DNA of 64,000 nt, from NCBI RefSeq assembly GCF_963921235.1, contig NC_086108.1, positions 21,824,001 through 21,888,000 of the forward strand, written 5' to 3'. The position numbers and the translations under genes were made by a program. Origin of the DNA: Mobula hypostoma. Its lineage: Eukaryota. The notes beneath the pieces were generated by a model. That model saw only the letters and a list, made by a program, of their open reading frames with translations, was not told the DNA's origin and ran no database searches. Of this stretch, positions 11,300-24,894 are shown one piece after another. The first letter of the stretch is position 1, and every line of letters starts with the position of its first letter.

Positions 11300-12365
11300 T
11301 GTGATTAGTATATTTGTGGATGACATAAACTTGATTGTATTGTGATTAGCTAGGTTGTCAAAGGCTACCTCAGGATATGGATGCGATGGAAAGTTGGACA
11401 GTGTGTTTGCAGATGGAATTTAATTCCAACAAGTGCAAGGTAATGCGTTTTGTTCAGTCAAATAAGGGTAAGAGGCATTGAGAGAATGGTAAGGTGCTAA
11501 GAAAGATTGATGAACAAAGGGAACTTGGGGTTCAAGTTCATACTTCTCAGAAAGCGACAGCACAGTAGATAGTGTGGTGAAGAAGGTATATGGCAAGCTT
11601 GCTTTCATTGACCAAGTCACAGAATATAAAAGTTGGTATTTAATATTGCCACTTTACAAACCATTAATTAGACTGCAGGCAGAGAGGTGTATGCCGTTCT
11701 GGCACCATAGTATACAAAGAATGTGGGTTGTGATGGAGAGGATAGAGTCGGATGTTGCCAAGATTGGAGGGCTTTAATTAAAGGAAGCGATTGGATAGGC
11801 TAAGCTTGTTTTTGTTGGAGGAAACGAGGCTAAGGGGTAAACTGATTGAAGTTTATAAAGTTGTCAGAATAAGGTAGATAATTTTTTTCCATGGTTGGAG
11901 TATCATAAACAAGAGGGTACAGATTTATGGTTAGAGGAAGGAGATTCGAAGGGGAATTTTTTTATGTAGTGAGCGGTAGATATTAGAACATGCCACCAGA
12001 GTCGGTGGTTAAATCAGATACAATCACTACATTTAAGAGATATTTAGACAGATGGTTGGGTTGAGTTATTTTCTGATCTTGGCAATTTCCTTGCAAATGT
12101 TTTGTCACCATGCGAGGAGACGACATCAGTGCATTGTGATGCTCTTCATATGGTGACAAACCGTTTGCAAGTAAATTGCCAAGATCAGAGAGCAACACAA
12201 CCCAACCATCGACACTTGAGCTACACATTTTCTGAATTTTTTTCCATTTTGGCGAGTATTTGAATTGGCAGTGCAAGGAAGGACATGGACCTAATGTGGG
12301 GAACTGGGATTAGTATAGCTGGGCAAAAAGGTTGGCATGAATGTGGTGGAATGAACTACCTATTT
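11300..12365 (+). mobile_element. CR1 LINE 3' fragment, decayed, interrupted at 12051-12243
   Basis: tggcagatggaatttaat-like motif; ORF 11574-11777 VKKVYGKLAFI..LYKPLIRLQAE. Confidence 0.8.
12051..12243. mobile_element. Fold-back mini-element of a second Penelope-like family, with decayed hammerhead motifs
   Basis: 12051-12115 is the imperfect reverse complement of 12146-12210. Minus strand reads tgca-CTGATGt-cGTCtcctcgcatggtGAC-aAAAcatt-tgca; the right arm has gtgac-aaaccgtt-tgca. Confidence 0.7.
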
Positions 12366-12404
12366 CTGTGCTCTTTGATTTGTTGTCTCTGCATGACTTA
12401 TTTT

Positions 12405-14660
12405 CTGGATTTTTGAGTGAATGACGCTTGGATGGGTCAGAATTTGTGTGGTGCAAACAAAACAATCTCCTTTTGCTATATACAGAGGAACCAACTGGGG
12501 TAGGAATACTGGACCTCATAGAAATGAGGCAGGCTAAGTAATTGAACTGGCAATTGAGGAGCACTTTGGGTCCACAATTCTCTCAATCTTATAATAGGCA
12601 ACAAAAAAAAGATAGAGCAGGTCCACATGTTAAAGTCCTGAACTGGAGCAGGCCCAACTTTGATGACATTAAGCAGGATCTTGCTGGGGCCGATTGGTAT
12701 CTCTATCTAAAGGCAAAGGAACAATTGGCAAGCAGGAAGTTTTTGAAAGGGTCATATCAGAGGTCCAAGGGCAGCATGTATCTTTTAGTGTGAAGGGTAG
12801 GAATTTGAAGCTCAGGGAACCCTGGCTGATGAGAGATTTTGAGGCTCTGGTAAGGAAAAAGCAGAAAATGTGGTTCTTCAGTCACATTAACAGTAAACAG
12901 GTGATTTGGTCTTCTGTAGATTACCAGGGTTGCTTATGTGTAGAGCCATAAGAAAGGGCTGAGGTTTTTGTATCTCTATTTCTCTTTGGCATTTACTAAG
13001 GAGAACATTATGGATGCCAAAAAAAAATAAGGGTAATAAGTAGTGACATCTTGGATCATTGGTATATTAAGATGGAAGAGATATTTGCTGCCTTGAAGTG
13101 CATTGAGATGGTCACATCTTCAGGGCCTGACCAAGTGCATCCCCAGACCTTAAGGGAGACCAAGGAAGAAGTCAGAGGCCCTTGTAGAGATACTTGCTTT
13201 GTTGTTAGCCACTGGTGAAGTTTTAGAAGACTGGAGGGTGGCTAATATTGTTTCATTGTTCAAGAAGGGTAGCAAGGACAGGTCAAGGAATTAAAGGCCA
13301 GTGAGCCTGACCTGACTTCAGCTGAAGGAAAATTATTGGAGAGAATTCTGTCGGACAAGATCTACCATCAGTGTGTGGGAGGCCTGTCAAATCTTTTGGA
13401 GTGTTTCAAAGAGGTAGGTAAGGGAATTGCTGGAGGTAGGACAGTAGATGTCTATTTGGACTTCAGTCAGGCCTTTGACAAAGTCCCACATAGCAAGCTG
13501 ATTTTAAAGGTCAGATTGTATGGGATTCGGGTGGGTGGGAGCAACTGAGGTAGATTCAGAACTTGCTCTATGTTTGGAATTAGAGGGTGATGGTTGAAGG
13601 CTCATTCTCTGAATGGAGGCCAGTGACTAGTGGAGTGCCCCAGGGGTTGATGTTCAGACTTCTGTTATTCATTACTTATGTAAATTGCATGGTAGCATAG
13701 TGGTTCGTGTTATGCTTTACAGCACCAGAGAACAAGGTTCAACTTCCATCACTGTAAGGAGTTTAAAAGTTCTCCCTGTGACTGGGTGGGTTTCTTCCGT
13801 GTGCGCCGGTTTCCTCCCATATTCCAAAGACATACAGGTTAGCATTAGGAGTGGCGCATGCTATGTTGGCCCCAGAAGCAGTCTGCTTGCCGTCCGACCA
13901 CAGCATATCCTCAATTCTGTTGGTCCTTGATGCAAACAATGCATTTCACTACATGTTTTGATGTAAACAAATAAAACTAATCTTCTAAATCAGTTGGATA
14001 TGGATGTACATGGCATGAATAGCAAGTTTACTGGATGTGTTGTTGATAGTGAAACAGTTTACAATAACTTACAAAGAGATTTTGATCAGTTAGGGCTGAA
14101 GAATGACAAATCGATTTCAACTTATCTAAGGGTAAGGTGATGTATTTTGGATAGTCAAAACAATGGAAGACCTATTCTGTGAATGGCAGGGCACTGACAA
14201 ATGTTATCTTGTAGAACAGAGGGACTTGGGAGTGCAAGTGACAGTTTACTGAAAGTGACCATACAGGTTGGTAAGATGGTGAAGAAGGCATTTAGCATGC
14301 TGGCCTTAATTCAGTCAGACCATCAATTTAGGAGTTAGGACTTTATGATGCAGTTATACAACTTGGAGTATAGTGCTCAGTTTTGGTCACCCTGTTACAG
14401 GAAAGACATTGTTAAGCTGGAAAAGATACAGTAGAGATTTCTGAAGATGCTGCCGGGACAAGAGGGCCTGACATATAGGGAGAAGTTAACCATGCTGTAT
14501 TTTTATTCCCTGGAGCACAGGAGAATGAGGGGTGACCTAGGAGTTTATAAAATTATGAGGAGTAAGGCTTGCAGAGTAATGGGCTGAATGCGGGCAACTT
14601 GGACTTGTAGGGAGGGTGCTGTGGTTGCCATGGACTAGCTGGTTTGAAGGGCCCATTTCC
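12405..14660 (+). mobile_element. CR1 LINE ORF2 fragments with internal deletions, decayed
   Basis: REPWLMRDFEALVRKK; VYLDFSQAFDKVPH (ORF 13336-13548); agtggagtgccccagggg (SGVPQG). Confidence 0.85.
13686..13990 (+). mobile_element. tRNA-derived V-SINE (HE1-like)
   Basis: A box tagcatagtgg, B box ggttcaact, V-domain-like core gtgggtttc..ccggtttcctccca..tccaaagac, tail aaataaaactaatctt. Confidence 0.75.
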
Positions 14661-15399
14661 CTTCTGGATTATTCCAGAGTAGACTGGGATCCTATGTCAG
14701 GATGAAATCTTTTTTTTCATATTGATAGACAGTGAAGCCACTTTCATAGCTTTCAATGTTGTTAGAATTCATTTGTACTAGGAAGTTGTAATTTTGAAAT
14801 TTGTCTGAAATTTCGTTCTGCTATTTTGCCTGTTTTATCCATTTATATCTCTTCCCTAAAATTATGCATTGCCTTATCCAGGTCACCACTTAAAATGTGT
14901 GACCTTGACCTGACTCCAACAAGGAAAGGAGTTGGGATAGGGAATGCCGATATTGTACCTGGAAACTTCACATCAAATAGCTGTTGTTAGAGGGCAGTTG
15001 GTGGAGCTTGACAGCCTGTTTACCTTTTTGAAAGCATAGTGAAACTGGCTCTAGTTTTGTGACTAATGTTAGTAAAATCAGGACAAATTGTGATTTGAAC
15101 TTTTGTCCAAGCAATTGATCATTATGGAAACCCATCAAGTCTTTGTCTCCTCTAGTGGCAATCTTATTCAATGAGTGGCTGAGCCACATGCATCTGAAAG
15201 TTGTTGACATCAATTTTTATTTATATTTAAAGGAGAATAAAATTGATCATGTCCCTGACTTGGTGGATGTATAGCTAAAATTCTGGGTGCTCTCATCAGG
15301 ATTGGACAACATTAGATTGATTTGTGAATTATTATGTGGTTTCATATTATGATATCATCAAGAGGTACAATATGAATAATAACTGTGTGCATGAAACAG

Positions 15400-16670
15400 G
15401 CCTCATAAGAGACTCCAGATCCTGCAATCTGCAAAAAAATTAGCAGAATGCTAGATTATCTCTGAGGTAGAAGTGGACGTTTTAGTTGGGACTCTGCATC
15501 AGAGTGGAGAGGGAAGATGGAAGATGACCAGTAAACATTTATCTCCAGGTTATGAACACCCAACTTGCGGACATCCATGCATATTAACAAACTCCCATAT
15601 TTTTAATAAATTTGATAGTTCAATGTACATACGTAGAACTGATTTCCTCTTTCCCTATTTACTTTTAGTAATTGTTCTTTATCAGTTGTTTGTTCTTTGA
15701 TGCCTTTTCTTGCAATACTCCAGATGCATGGTTATGACATTGAATGGTATTCATATATTTTCTGACTTGGGGACTAAATTGACCCAAGGGTGTCTGTAAA
15801 GCGAGAAGGTACTTGTTACCCAGGAACTGTCAATATAACATTATGGGTGGGTTAGGATAGTGGCTGATAGGTTAAAAGTGGAAGCAGATGGAGTGGGGAT
15901 GTGAGATGAAATTATGTGCAGGAGGGGGTGGAACTAAATGAGGTGATAGGCAGATGGTATCAAGTAGAGGAAAGGGAGAGAAAAAAACACAACAAATGGA
16001 ATGGAATATAAGGTATTCTTCCAATTTGCATTTGGCCACTCCGCAGCAATGGAGAAAACCAAGAGCAGACAGGCTAGTGTGAGAGAGAAGGAAAAGTTAG
16101 AATAATATATAACCAGAAGCTTGATCTGGCCATTGCAGACAGACTACATGTTCTGCACAAAACATTTGTCTGTTCTTGTTTTCATCCCTTGCTCCACAGT
16201 CGGAACAGCAATGGAGTTCCTCATCTTTCACTCCATGAGCCTCTGCATCCAACACATCATTCATTCTCCACCATTTCCACCAGCTTGATCATAATCCTAC
16301 CACTAGTGATACTTCCTCTTTGTTCCCCTGCGTGCCATGGTAGCATAGAGGTTAGTACGACGTGATTACAACTCAGGGCTTCGGAGTTCAATTGCTGGGT
16401 GGTGTGGCTAGAAGGGCCTACACTGCACTGTATCTCAATTTATAAATAAATCTCACTCCCCACCCCCCTTCTGCCAGGACAGCTCTTCTGAGGACTGCTT
16501 ATCCCACCCTGCCCACCCCTCCCCAACCTCTGACACTTCCACCTATGAAAGTATAACACCTGTCCTCCTGTCCCCTCATCACCTCCCTTACCACCATCCA
16601 GGAATCTTAACACCTCCCCAAGATGGACAGACGCTCCCTTGCATATCTTCCAATCTGTCAACTTGCTAGA
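15400..16670. mobile_element. Old Penelope remnants (minus about 15400-16165, plus about 16190-16670) with an inserted DNA-type MITE (about 15540-15830) and a short SINE (about 16330-16440)
   Basis: ggaatataaggtattcttccaatttgcatttggcc resembles 40577-40615; gcctctgcatccaacacatcatt and cctccctcaccaccatcca resemble the RT-EN linker of the 40.1-41.8 kb copy. Confidence 0.55.
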
Positions 16671-18367
16671 CAGCCTCTTCTACTTTACCCATCCTTTACA
16701 GATATAGATTCAGGAATGACTGAGATATCTATCGACTCTTTTAGCCCAGCAGTTTTGAGCACAGTTAGTGCTGTCTTCTCATTGGGCCAATTGAGGGCAT
16801 AAGTGTGTCAATTTAAAATACTTGAAAAAACAAAGACTGGAAATTCTCAATAGCTTTGGTAGTACAAAGAAATAATGTTAATTTTCTCAGCCAGTGATGC
16901 TTTCGTAGTTCAGCTGCATTGATCCCTGTTGCCTCTTCCCAGTGGTTTCTGTTTGTATTTCAGATTTTCAGTAACTGAGGATATTTTAGTTTTGAATCTT
17001 TGGTGGAAATTGCTATAACTTTTATTAACATCTCCAGAACCACAGTCAATTTTTGTAAGTATTGGTATTGTGTTGATGAACACTTGAGGTGAATGATTAT
17101 TCATTGTTAAGTTTGCTTCAATTTATTTAATAATGTAGCTATTTATGACTAAAATAGGTAATTATTTAACTGCTTTTTTTAGTGGCTTTGTGGACAATAT
17201 TTTGTGCGTGAAATATGTGGAATTAATTTTCTGGAAAGTGGCATGGGTAGAAGATTACAGAGAAAAATTGTGGGCTGTACTATTGTTAATGATCCATGGG
17301 GCAGATGAAAGGGTCTGGAAAGAAGTATTTCTTTGGCTTGCTTGAGTCTCTTACCCTTCGGGTGTCTTATGATTATAACTACTTTTACATTGTTGTTTGT
17401 GATATTTTATGTGATAACAGGAGATTTACAATCCATGTAAGCATATGGTTCATCAGTATCTTTAACACTACCAAAACACTTTGCTGTTTCTATGGATTTT
17501 CACCGAGTATTGTTCATGATTTTTCAAAGAACAGTTGTTGGCCATTTTAGAGTAAAGGATAATTAAATATTTCACTCAGTCAGATTTCATGTTGAAACTT
17601 GCCACTTGCACTGTTCAATTTCATGTGTCTGCCTTCAACAGGTTCTGAAAACAGCTAGAGCTGCTGATGCAGTTTCCTGCACTGTAGCAACTTTGTTCAA
17701 ATTGTGCAAGTGCCATTACAAGGCTTTAACAAGAGTGCTTAAGATCTTGAGGTATTGGAAGACTGATGTTCAGTCCAGAACTCTTTTAGTTGCTTCATCA
17801 ACGTGCAAGTTTTCCTTTTGGCTTCTTTTTCAAGCGTATTTGGGATTCAGGCTGCATATCTCTCCATCCTCAGTGGCAATTCTTCAGCTCAACCGGAAGT
17901 GTAGGTCTGGAAATCAAAGATGTCTATCTCTGAATTAATCAGTGGAAAAACATTATGCAAGTATGCAGGAGGTCCTAAGCCCTGTTTTATCCCTCTATTA
18001 CTGGCAGCCAAGCCTTTGGGTGTTTTAGTCCCTGGATTTGGAATTCCCTTTCTTCTCTCAACCTTACTATTTTTTCCATTAAGATTCTGTTTCAGACACA
18101 CCATGGACCAAATGTTTGATTACTCTTTTCATAATGCTTGCATTTGTTTGATAATATGCCTGTTAATATTTTATTGCACCAAATATGCTAAATTAATGTG
18201 TTGTTTTTGTGTACTTTTGTGGTATTAATTTTATACCCCCAGTGTAACACTTTTCCTATTGTTATTGTCTTTAGTCGTGAAAAGTCTCTGATGTTTAAGT
18301 AGATAACTCTTTTGTGTGCTGACTTTGGTGAAAATTTTAAATTATAAAGGATGTTGATGGCATTGTC

Positions 18368-18655
18368 AAACGAAAGAAAATCAGCAGATGCTGGAAATCC
18401 AAGCAATACACACAAAATGCTGGAGAAACTCAACAAGTCAGGCAGCATCTATGGAAACCAGTACAGTCGACGTTTTGGCCCTAGACCTTTCAGCTGCTTA
18501 GATGCTTAAATGCTGCCTGGGAGGAAACTGGAGCACTTGGAGGAAACAGGCGTGGTCACGGAGACAATGTATAAACTCCTTTCAGATAGCAGTGGAAGTG
18601 AATTCTGGTTCACTGGCACTGTAAAGTTAAGCTAATTTTTAAGCTACCATGTTGC
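18368..18655 (-). mobile_element. Penelope pLTR fragment (18368-18495) abutting a V-SINE 5' fragment (18518-18655)
   Basis: aaaatcagcagatgctggaaatccaagcaatacacacaaaatgctgg..cagtcgacgtttt; then gggaggaaactggagcacttggaggaaac. Confidence 0.7.
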
Positions 18656-19267
18656 CCAAGTTAGTGCATAATATTGATAGAGTATTACGGTACAATTAGA
18701 TGCAGTAAGAGCTGTTTCATTATGGTGGTTTCTGCTGATAATGGTGCGTATGATAGTTGGAGCAGAAAATACTGCAGAAACTAGAAACACAAAACCAATG
18801 AAGAGAATGGAAAATGCCACTGTTGATGTGTTTGGTCTAAATGCTGTTCTGAGCTATTCGTGGAAGCATCATTAACGGAAGAGCTGGCAAGGTATTGCCA
18901 AACAAGACCTAACCTACACTTGTTCATGGGTCCTAGGGTAGTGTTTTCCCCATTGTTGGTTTACCTGGACAATTTCTCAATTGAAAGAGCACTTTTGCAC
19001 ACAAGAAATATGTCACCTCAGATTGCCCGATTGATGCAACCTATAGTGAATGCAAGGGTATACCATGTTTTGATTTGATATGTAATCTTATTTTCATACA
19101 AAGGTTCATTACTTCTACATTTATTGACCATCTCTAAAGTAACCCCTACAAGGCTGATGAACTTCTTGCAATGATCACCTCTGACCCAATGATGAAAGAA
19201 AAGTAATGGATGAAAAAGCTGAAGCTAGCTGATCAGGGAAACTGCCCTGAACAGCATTTGCAGCAGT

Positions 19268-20020
19268 ATACTTTATACTTTATTGTCTCCAAACAATTGA
19301 TACTAGAACGTACAATCATCACAGCGATATTTGATTCTGCGCTTCCCACTCCCTGGATTACAAATATTAAATATTAAAAATAGTAGAAATCAGTAAATAT
19401 TAAAAATTTAAATTATAAATCATAAATAGAAAATAGAAAAATGGAAAGTAAGGTAGTGCAAAAAAACCGAGAGGCAGGTCCGGATATTTGGAGGGTACGG
19501 CCCAGATCTGGGTCAGGATCCGTTCAGCAGTCTTATCACAGGTGGGAAGAAGCTGTTCCAAAATCTGGCCGTACGAGTCTTCAAGCTCCTGAGCCTTCTC
19601 CCGGAGGGAAGAGGGATGAAAAGTGTGTTGGCTGGATGGGTCGTGTCCTTGATTATCCTGGCAGCACTGCTCCGACAGCATGCGGTGTAAAGTGAGTTCA
19701 AGGACGGAAGATTGGTTTGTGTGATGTGCTGTGCCTTGTTCACGATCTTCTGCAGCTTCTTTCGGTCTTGGACAGGACAACTTCCATACCAGGTTGTGAT
19801 GCACCCTAGAAGAATGCTTTCTACGGTGCATCTTTAAAAATTAGTGAGGGTTTTAGGGGACAGGCCAAATTTCTTTAGTTTTCTTAGGAAGTAAAGGCAC
19901 TGGTGGGCCTTCTTGGCAGTGGACTCTGCTTGGTTGGACCAAGTCAGGTCATTTGTGATGTTGACCCCGAGGAACTTAAAGCTTTTGACCTGTTCCACTT
20001 GCGCACCACCGATGTAAATT
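19268..20020 (-). mobile_element. Rex1/Babar-like LINE 3' end, young
   Basis: ORF 19513-19743 AQHITQTNLPSLNSLYTACCRSSAARIIKDTTHPANTLFIPLPSGRRLRSLKTRTARFWNSFFP; short (AAGTATA)-type tandem tail; CpGs retained. Confidence 0.88.
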
Positions 20021-20099
20021 GGTATTTACATTGGTATTTTGGGATGTTTGCCTCTTAAATGACAAGTTGTAACTCTAATCATTGAAGTATTTTTCTTTC

Positions 20100-20376
20100 C
20101 CTCTTCATGCCATGCACTGCACTTATCAGATACCTTCTTCTCCAGCCCTTTGCCTTTCACCTCCCAGCTTCTTACTTCATCCCCCCTCCACCACCCACCT
20201 GGCTTCACTCATCACCTTCTTGCTAGTTCTCTTTCCTCCATCCCCCCCCACCCCCACCGCCCCATGCCTTCCTTTTTAGTCCTGAAGAGTCTTGGCCTGA
20301 AACTTCAAATCTTTATTCGTTTCCATAGATGCTTGACCTGCTGAATTCCTCCTCCAGCATTATTTGTGTGTTGCTT
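20100..20376 (+). mobile_element. Penelope pLTR fragment, decayed hammerhead
   Basis: Pyrimidine-rich tract, then ttagtcctgaagagtcttggcctgaaac..ccagcattatttgtgtgttgct. Confidence 0.7.
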
Positions 20377-20519
20377 AAGATTTTTTGGGTTTATTAGTTG
20401 CATATTTGACCATATATTGTGAGGGGCAGTCTCTTTTAACTTCCCTCTAGAATTGAGCTGTTTGATCTTGTTTCAAACAAGGTTGTGATAAGGTCTGGAG
20501 CCAGGTGGTCCTGATGAAA

Positions 20520-21900
20520 ACAAACTGTGAATAATTAAGCAGTTTATTGGTATGTCCACATGATAGCACGCTCAATAACGCATTCCATTGCTTTGTGATG
20601 GTTGAGAGTAGACTGCAATAGTTAGCAATATCGGATCAATCCCTTCTTTTTGAACAAAACATTGTGCAGTTTTCTACATTATTGGCTAGATGCCAGTGCT
20701 TTAACTGTACTGGAGCAGCTTGACAGGAGGTACAATTCCCAAGTACAGCTCATCATTACTCCATCCAGGATGCTGTCTGATCCCATGACATCTGTCAAAT
20801 GCAGTGTTTTGCAGCCATTTATAAACATGTGAATTAGGAATGGGAATAAGCTACTCAGTTTTTTGAGTTGCTTTGCCATTCAATATGATTTGAGTCTGAT
20901 CTGATTGCATTCTCAACTCTACATTCCAGTCTGTCTTTCACCCACTTCTTAAAAATAATTTCTTGATGCCATATGAATGAATCAAATTGGCTTCTACGAT
21001 TATGAGAATTTTGTGAACTGGCTGAGATCATCAATTGGCACATCTGGTTTAACATGGTTGCAAACTCTTCACTGCTGTCTTTTATCCATGTATGTTAGGT
21101 CTTGCCATCACTGAGGGTGAGGATGATTTTGGAGCTACCCCCTTGCCAAGGTATTTAATATCCACGATTTATGATAAGCTGTGGCAGGACTACAGAACTT
21201 TGTGATCTTCACTCATGATTGTGGGATTGCTTAAATCTGTTCCATTTTGCATTTGCTGCTTAGCGCATGTCATCTTGTCTTGCAATTTCACCAGGTTGGC
21301 CCCTTATTTTTAGGTGTGCCTCGTACTGTTCTGCTCATTGAACCAGGGTTGTCACGGTTGTTCTCCAGGCCTGATTGTGACGATGGAGTGGGTGAGATAT
21401 GCTGAGCATTGTAGCTAGGGATTGTAATGGTGTAGACTTCTGCTGCTGTTGATACTTCATTGTTGTTCCTCATCGCATGTTATGGCACATTGGGCAGCAA
21501 CCTTGCTGTTTCTTTAATGTTTGTCTGTTTTCTAAGAGGCCAAATTGCTGGCTCAGTGCTCAGTCCTGCACAGATGGAAAGCGTGCAAGGATCTGGCCTG
21601 ATTTGAACCCGGACCCACTTTCCACGAAGTCCATTGCGGATGCGACTACACCACCAGCTGACTAGGTTGATATTCCATTGCGTCTTAAACCAATAGCATC
21701 TGTTCATCCATCCAGTTTTCATGCACGATGAAATGTTTCCTCATTGAAACGATGGGGCTCTGCAAGTAGGATATGATGGCTGCACCTACTGTGTCTGTTC
21801 TGAACAGGTGTATTTGCAACTGCTGGACTTGTGAGGTGGTGATCAAGTCCTCCTCTAGATCAGGGGCCCTGATGTGTACATGGTATTCAAGATGCAGCCT
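20520..21900 (-). mobile_element. Very old LINE (CR1-like) fragments
   Basis: actgatggttgagagtagactg-like, ccagtgctttaactgtactggagcagcttg and tcaccaggttggccccttatttttaggtgtgcc motifs; no ORF. Confidence 0.5.
21460..21665 (-). mobile_element. tRNA-derived SINE (body related to 48677-48937)
   Basis: Minus strand: A box tggtgtagtcg, B box ggttcaaatc, body gagccagcaatttggcctcttagaaaa, (AAC)n-like tail. Confidence 0.7.
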
Positions 21901-24894
21901 CACAATGAAATTACAGTTACTTTAAAATGACTTAACAATTATTCTCATCCTCTTGCTACTATTCCAACTTATTGCTTGCTGTATATCTATTAACTGTGCG
22001 TAAGGGCATCCAGGTCTCTGTACTTCAGTAGTTTTCAGTTTCTTTGCCTGAATTTCCAAGTGTTGCTCAAGACAGAAGAGCAGTGATTAAAGGAGGTGTA
22101 ATTGGGAGGTTTCAATGCCTATTGGTGATTTGATGTCATGAAACTTAACGGTAAAAGCGAGGTGCAACAGTCAGCACCAAGAGGCTGTTGATCTAGTCGG
22201 TTAATAGAAGTTCTTTTTAAATGCAAATTTGTTAATGAAGAATCCTCTGGATTGGGATGAAATATGTCACTGATATCCTTAAGGGGATGAAAATTGCCAT
22301 TTTTAACCAGTCTGGCCATATGTAACTCCAGGTGTTTAGACAAAAAGGGAAACTCAATGGCCATTGGAAATTTGCTGTGTTAACACAGAAAGACAGTGCA
22401 GTCTGCATGTTGAAGGGTAAAATCTTACAGCTGTTTTTTCTAGTGTGGCTCCAAGCATACTGTTTCACAGGGAGGCCAGGTGTGAGCATTTCAGCATAGC
22501 AGAATGCAGTACAGAGCTGTCTAAGTGCAGACAGCCAGCTGCACTTAGAGAACTGCTTTGACAGCTGGTGAAGCTCCGCCCCAGTATCTACAGCTGTCGT
22601 GGTTATTGCATTTTTGTGCATCTTTGACAGTAAAAAATTCACTAACACTTAGGATCTGCTAAAAGAAAGCAAATTGTTATTTTTGAATCTACTCGATAAA
22701 ACCAGCCAGAACATTGAAACTAAAATCATAAGTATATCTCTATTTCATCTTTCTCCTTGAAGGCATTATCCTCCATTTATTTTAATAGGGTCAGTTGTGC
22801 CTGCATCAGTTTTCATCCCATTCCCCACAATTGATAGAAGTTAATGACGAGACCACTTCTCCGATATTTTGTAAAATTCACCATTGTATTCTGTGCAACA
22901 GCATAAGCAATGGCTGTTTAAAGGAAAAAAGTATTTGAAAACCAAGAGCTCTAGGTAGCATTGGTGCCTGTCCTTATCTACACTATGAGATGTGGACTAT
23001 AGAAAGAGTCACTTTAAGTATATTCCCTGCAGGGAGGCCCAAATTATACTCGCTGTGCTCCACTGGGAAGGACATGATGTATGTTTGCCCTCCACCAGAT
23101 TCCTAAAATGGCCATTCTGATCTGAGCAGGCAGGAAATGATTCCTGCTATTCAGTGTTGTCTATAATCCTTAGGAGCAGAAATAATTGTAAAATCTTTGC
23201 AAATAGGTTAAACTAAATTTGATCTCTTGTATTATTTATTTATTTTGTGGGCGGGGAAACAGATTTGGGAGTTAACTACAAATGTAAAAAGAAGTGGGAT
23301 TACAATTAAAAAGTGAATTTTTAAAATTTTTTTTGTGGTTTTGTCACTAGTATGAAACAAAAATGTAGTTTTATCTCATACTCACGTTAAAAAGAAAGAT
23401 GTTTAACACAAATTTAGTATTCCATCCTCCTTCTAGTCCATCATTAAAATAGAGGGCCTTTCATGGAGTTGTGCGGGGCTGGGGTGACGGTGTAAATTGG
23501 TGGTGGTGGTTCATGTAAAAGTTAAAAACCCTTAATCTAGACTTAAAAAAAGTTCATGTATATTATCTGTGTTTTATGGGATAGAATGGGGCAAAAACAA
23601 TAAGAACTTGAAAAGTCTGAAACAAAACCTGTGTCCTGTTTTATAGTGGTAAATGCTGCTTTGTGCCAGAAGTATCACTTAATCATCAGCTGCTTCACTC
23701 CCATTAAAACACTGAGTTTATTATAAAATTATTTAAATTAGTATTATGAATTGATCAGTAAGTACAATACTTTCAGCTGCTATTATTAATTGCACAATTA
23801 ACTGAACTACACATTATTTCAAAAATCACCTTGAGATGAGTAGTCAAACCAGTTACATGTTCCACTCGTTTACCATTTTAATTAGCAGACAGGGATCCAC
23901 ATTGCTTTTAATTAGGCGATTGTTTAATATAGATACACACTTCCTTACCATTCCTGGATTTCAAACAAAGCATGACATCCTTTCTCCTCCCTCATTGTGT
24001 TTTGAAGAGGCAGAGTTGTCTACCACACGGAAACTCCACTGCATCCCAGAGCTTAGGTTTAATTATGGCCTGCAACCTCTTATTCCATATCTCAGTCACA
24101 CTGATGGTTTCTGGAGTCCCACTCTGCTAGTCACTTCAATCATTCCTGCTTCACCCTCATCAGCAGAAGGCTGTCAGCTTGTACAGGGGTTAGGAGATAC
24201 TGCTCAGGTTTGGCTTCAGAGGCCTTGCCGGATCACTACGAGTTTGACTGTAAATGTGGCAAATGTATTTGGTTGCCTGTTGCTCATCTCGCAATATAAG
24301 AAGCGGTTGCTGAAGTAAGGCATTGGAAGTTGATCTCCAAGAATAAGTCAGTGGTGGGAACGAAGGAAGAACTTTTCCTCCTGTGCCAGAAATCCAAGTT
24401 CCTTCACCTGGACTTAATTCTGCAGGAACTGTTTGATTATTTGGCCAAGTTGCCACTTTATATTTTCGATCAAAGTAACTAACATCAGTAACTTATTTGG
24501 CATTAAGCCACAACACTTAGTATCTATAATAACACAGTTCCAATTAGGATAGCTAGATGGGGCTGTGAGTTTCTCTTTCAGCCCCTCTGTCATGATAATA
24601 TTATTTAAAATAATGATCAGGAACATGCCTGATAAATTATAACAATGATTCATCAAAGCTCTGAAGATGAATTGAACATGAAGCTACAGTACTGCTCTGT
24701 GTAGCACAATTTATTAGTGCTGTTGCCAAGCACTGTACTCTGTATCTCAATGTTGATCTTTCATCTCAAGAACCATGTATTGAAAGCATAAAACTGTTCA
24801 GTTGCATACTAATAATACATGTGGCATTACAGGCAACGAGTACAATGTGGTCTACTCCAAAATAAGATGTCATTAAAAAAATTGGCATATTCTG

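Noticed and set aside
17606..18228. Overlapping ORFs with a possible acceptor at about 17641
   Set aside because: No recognisable protein in any frame I translated, and no matching donor.
22232..22648. 138-aa minus-strand ORF, and the hairpin at 22520-22549 as a miRNA
   Set aside because: The ORF runs into a LINE 3' UTR remnant and has no protein signature; the stem is too short for a pre-miRNA despite the AAGTGC seed-like hexamer.
23836..24456. 160-aa (+) and 88-aa (-) ORFs in unique DNA as host exons
   Set aside because: No recognisable domain and no consistent splice-site pair with an open frame; a non-coding exon cannot be excluded.
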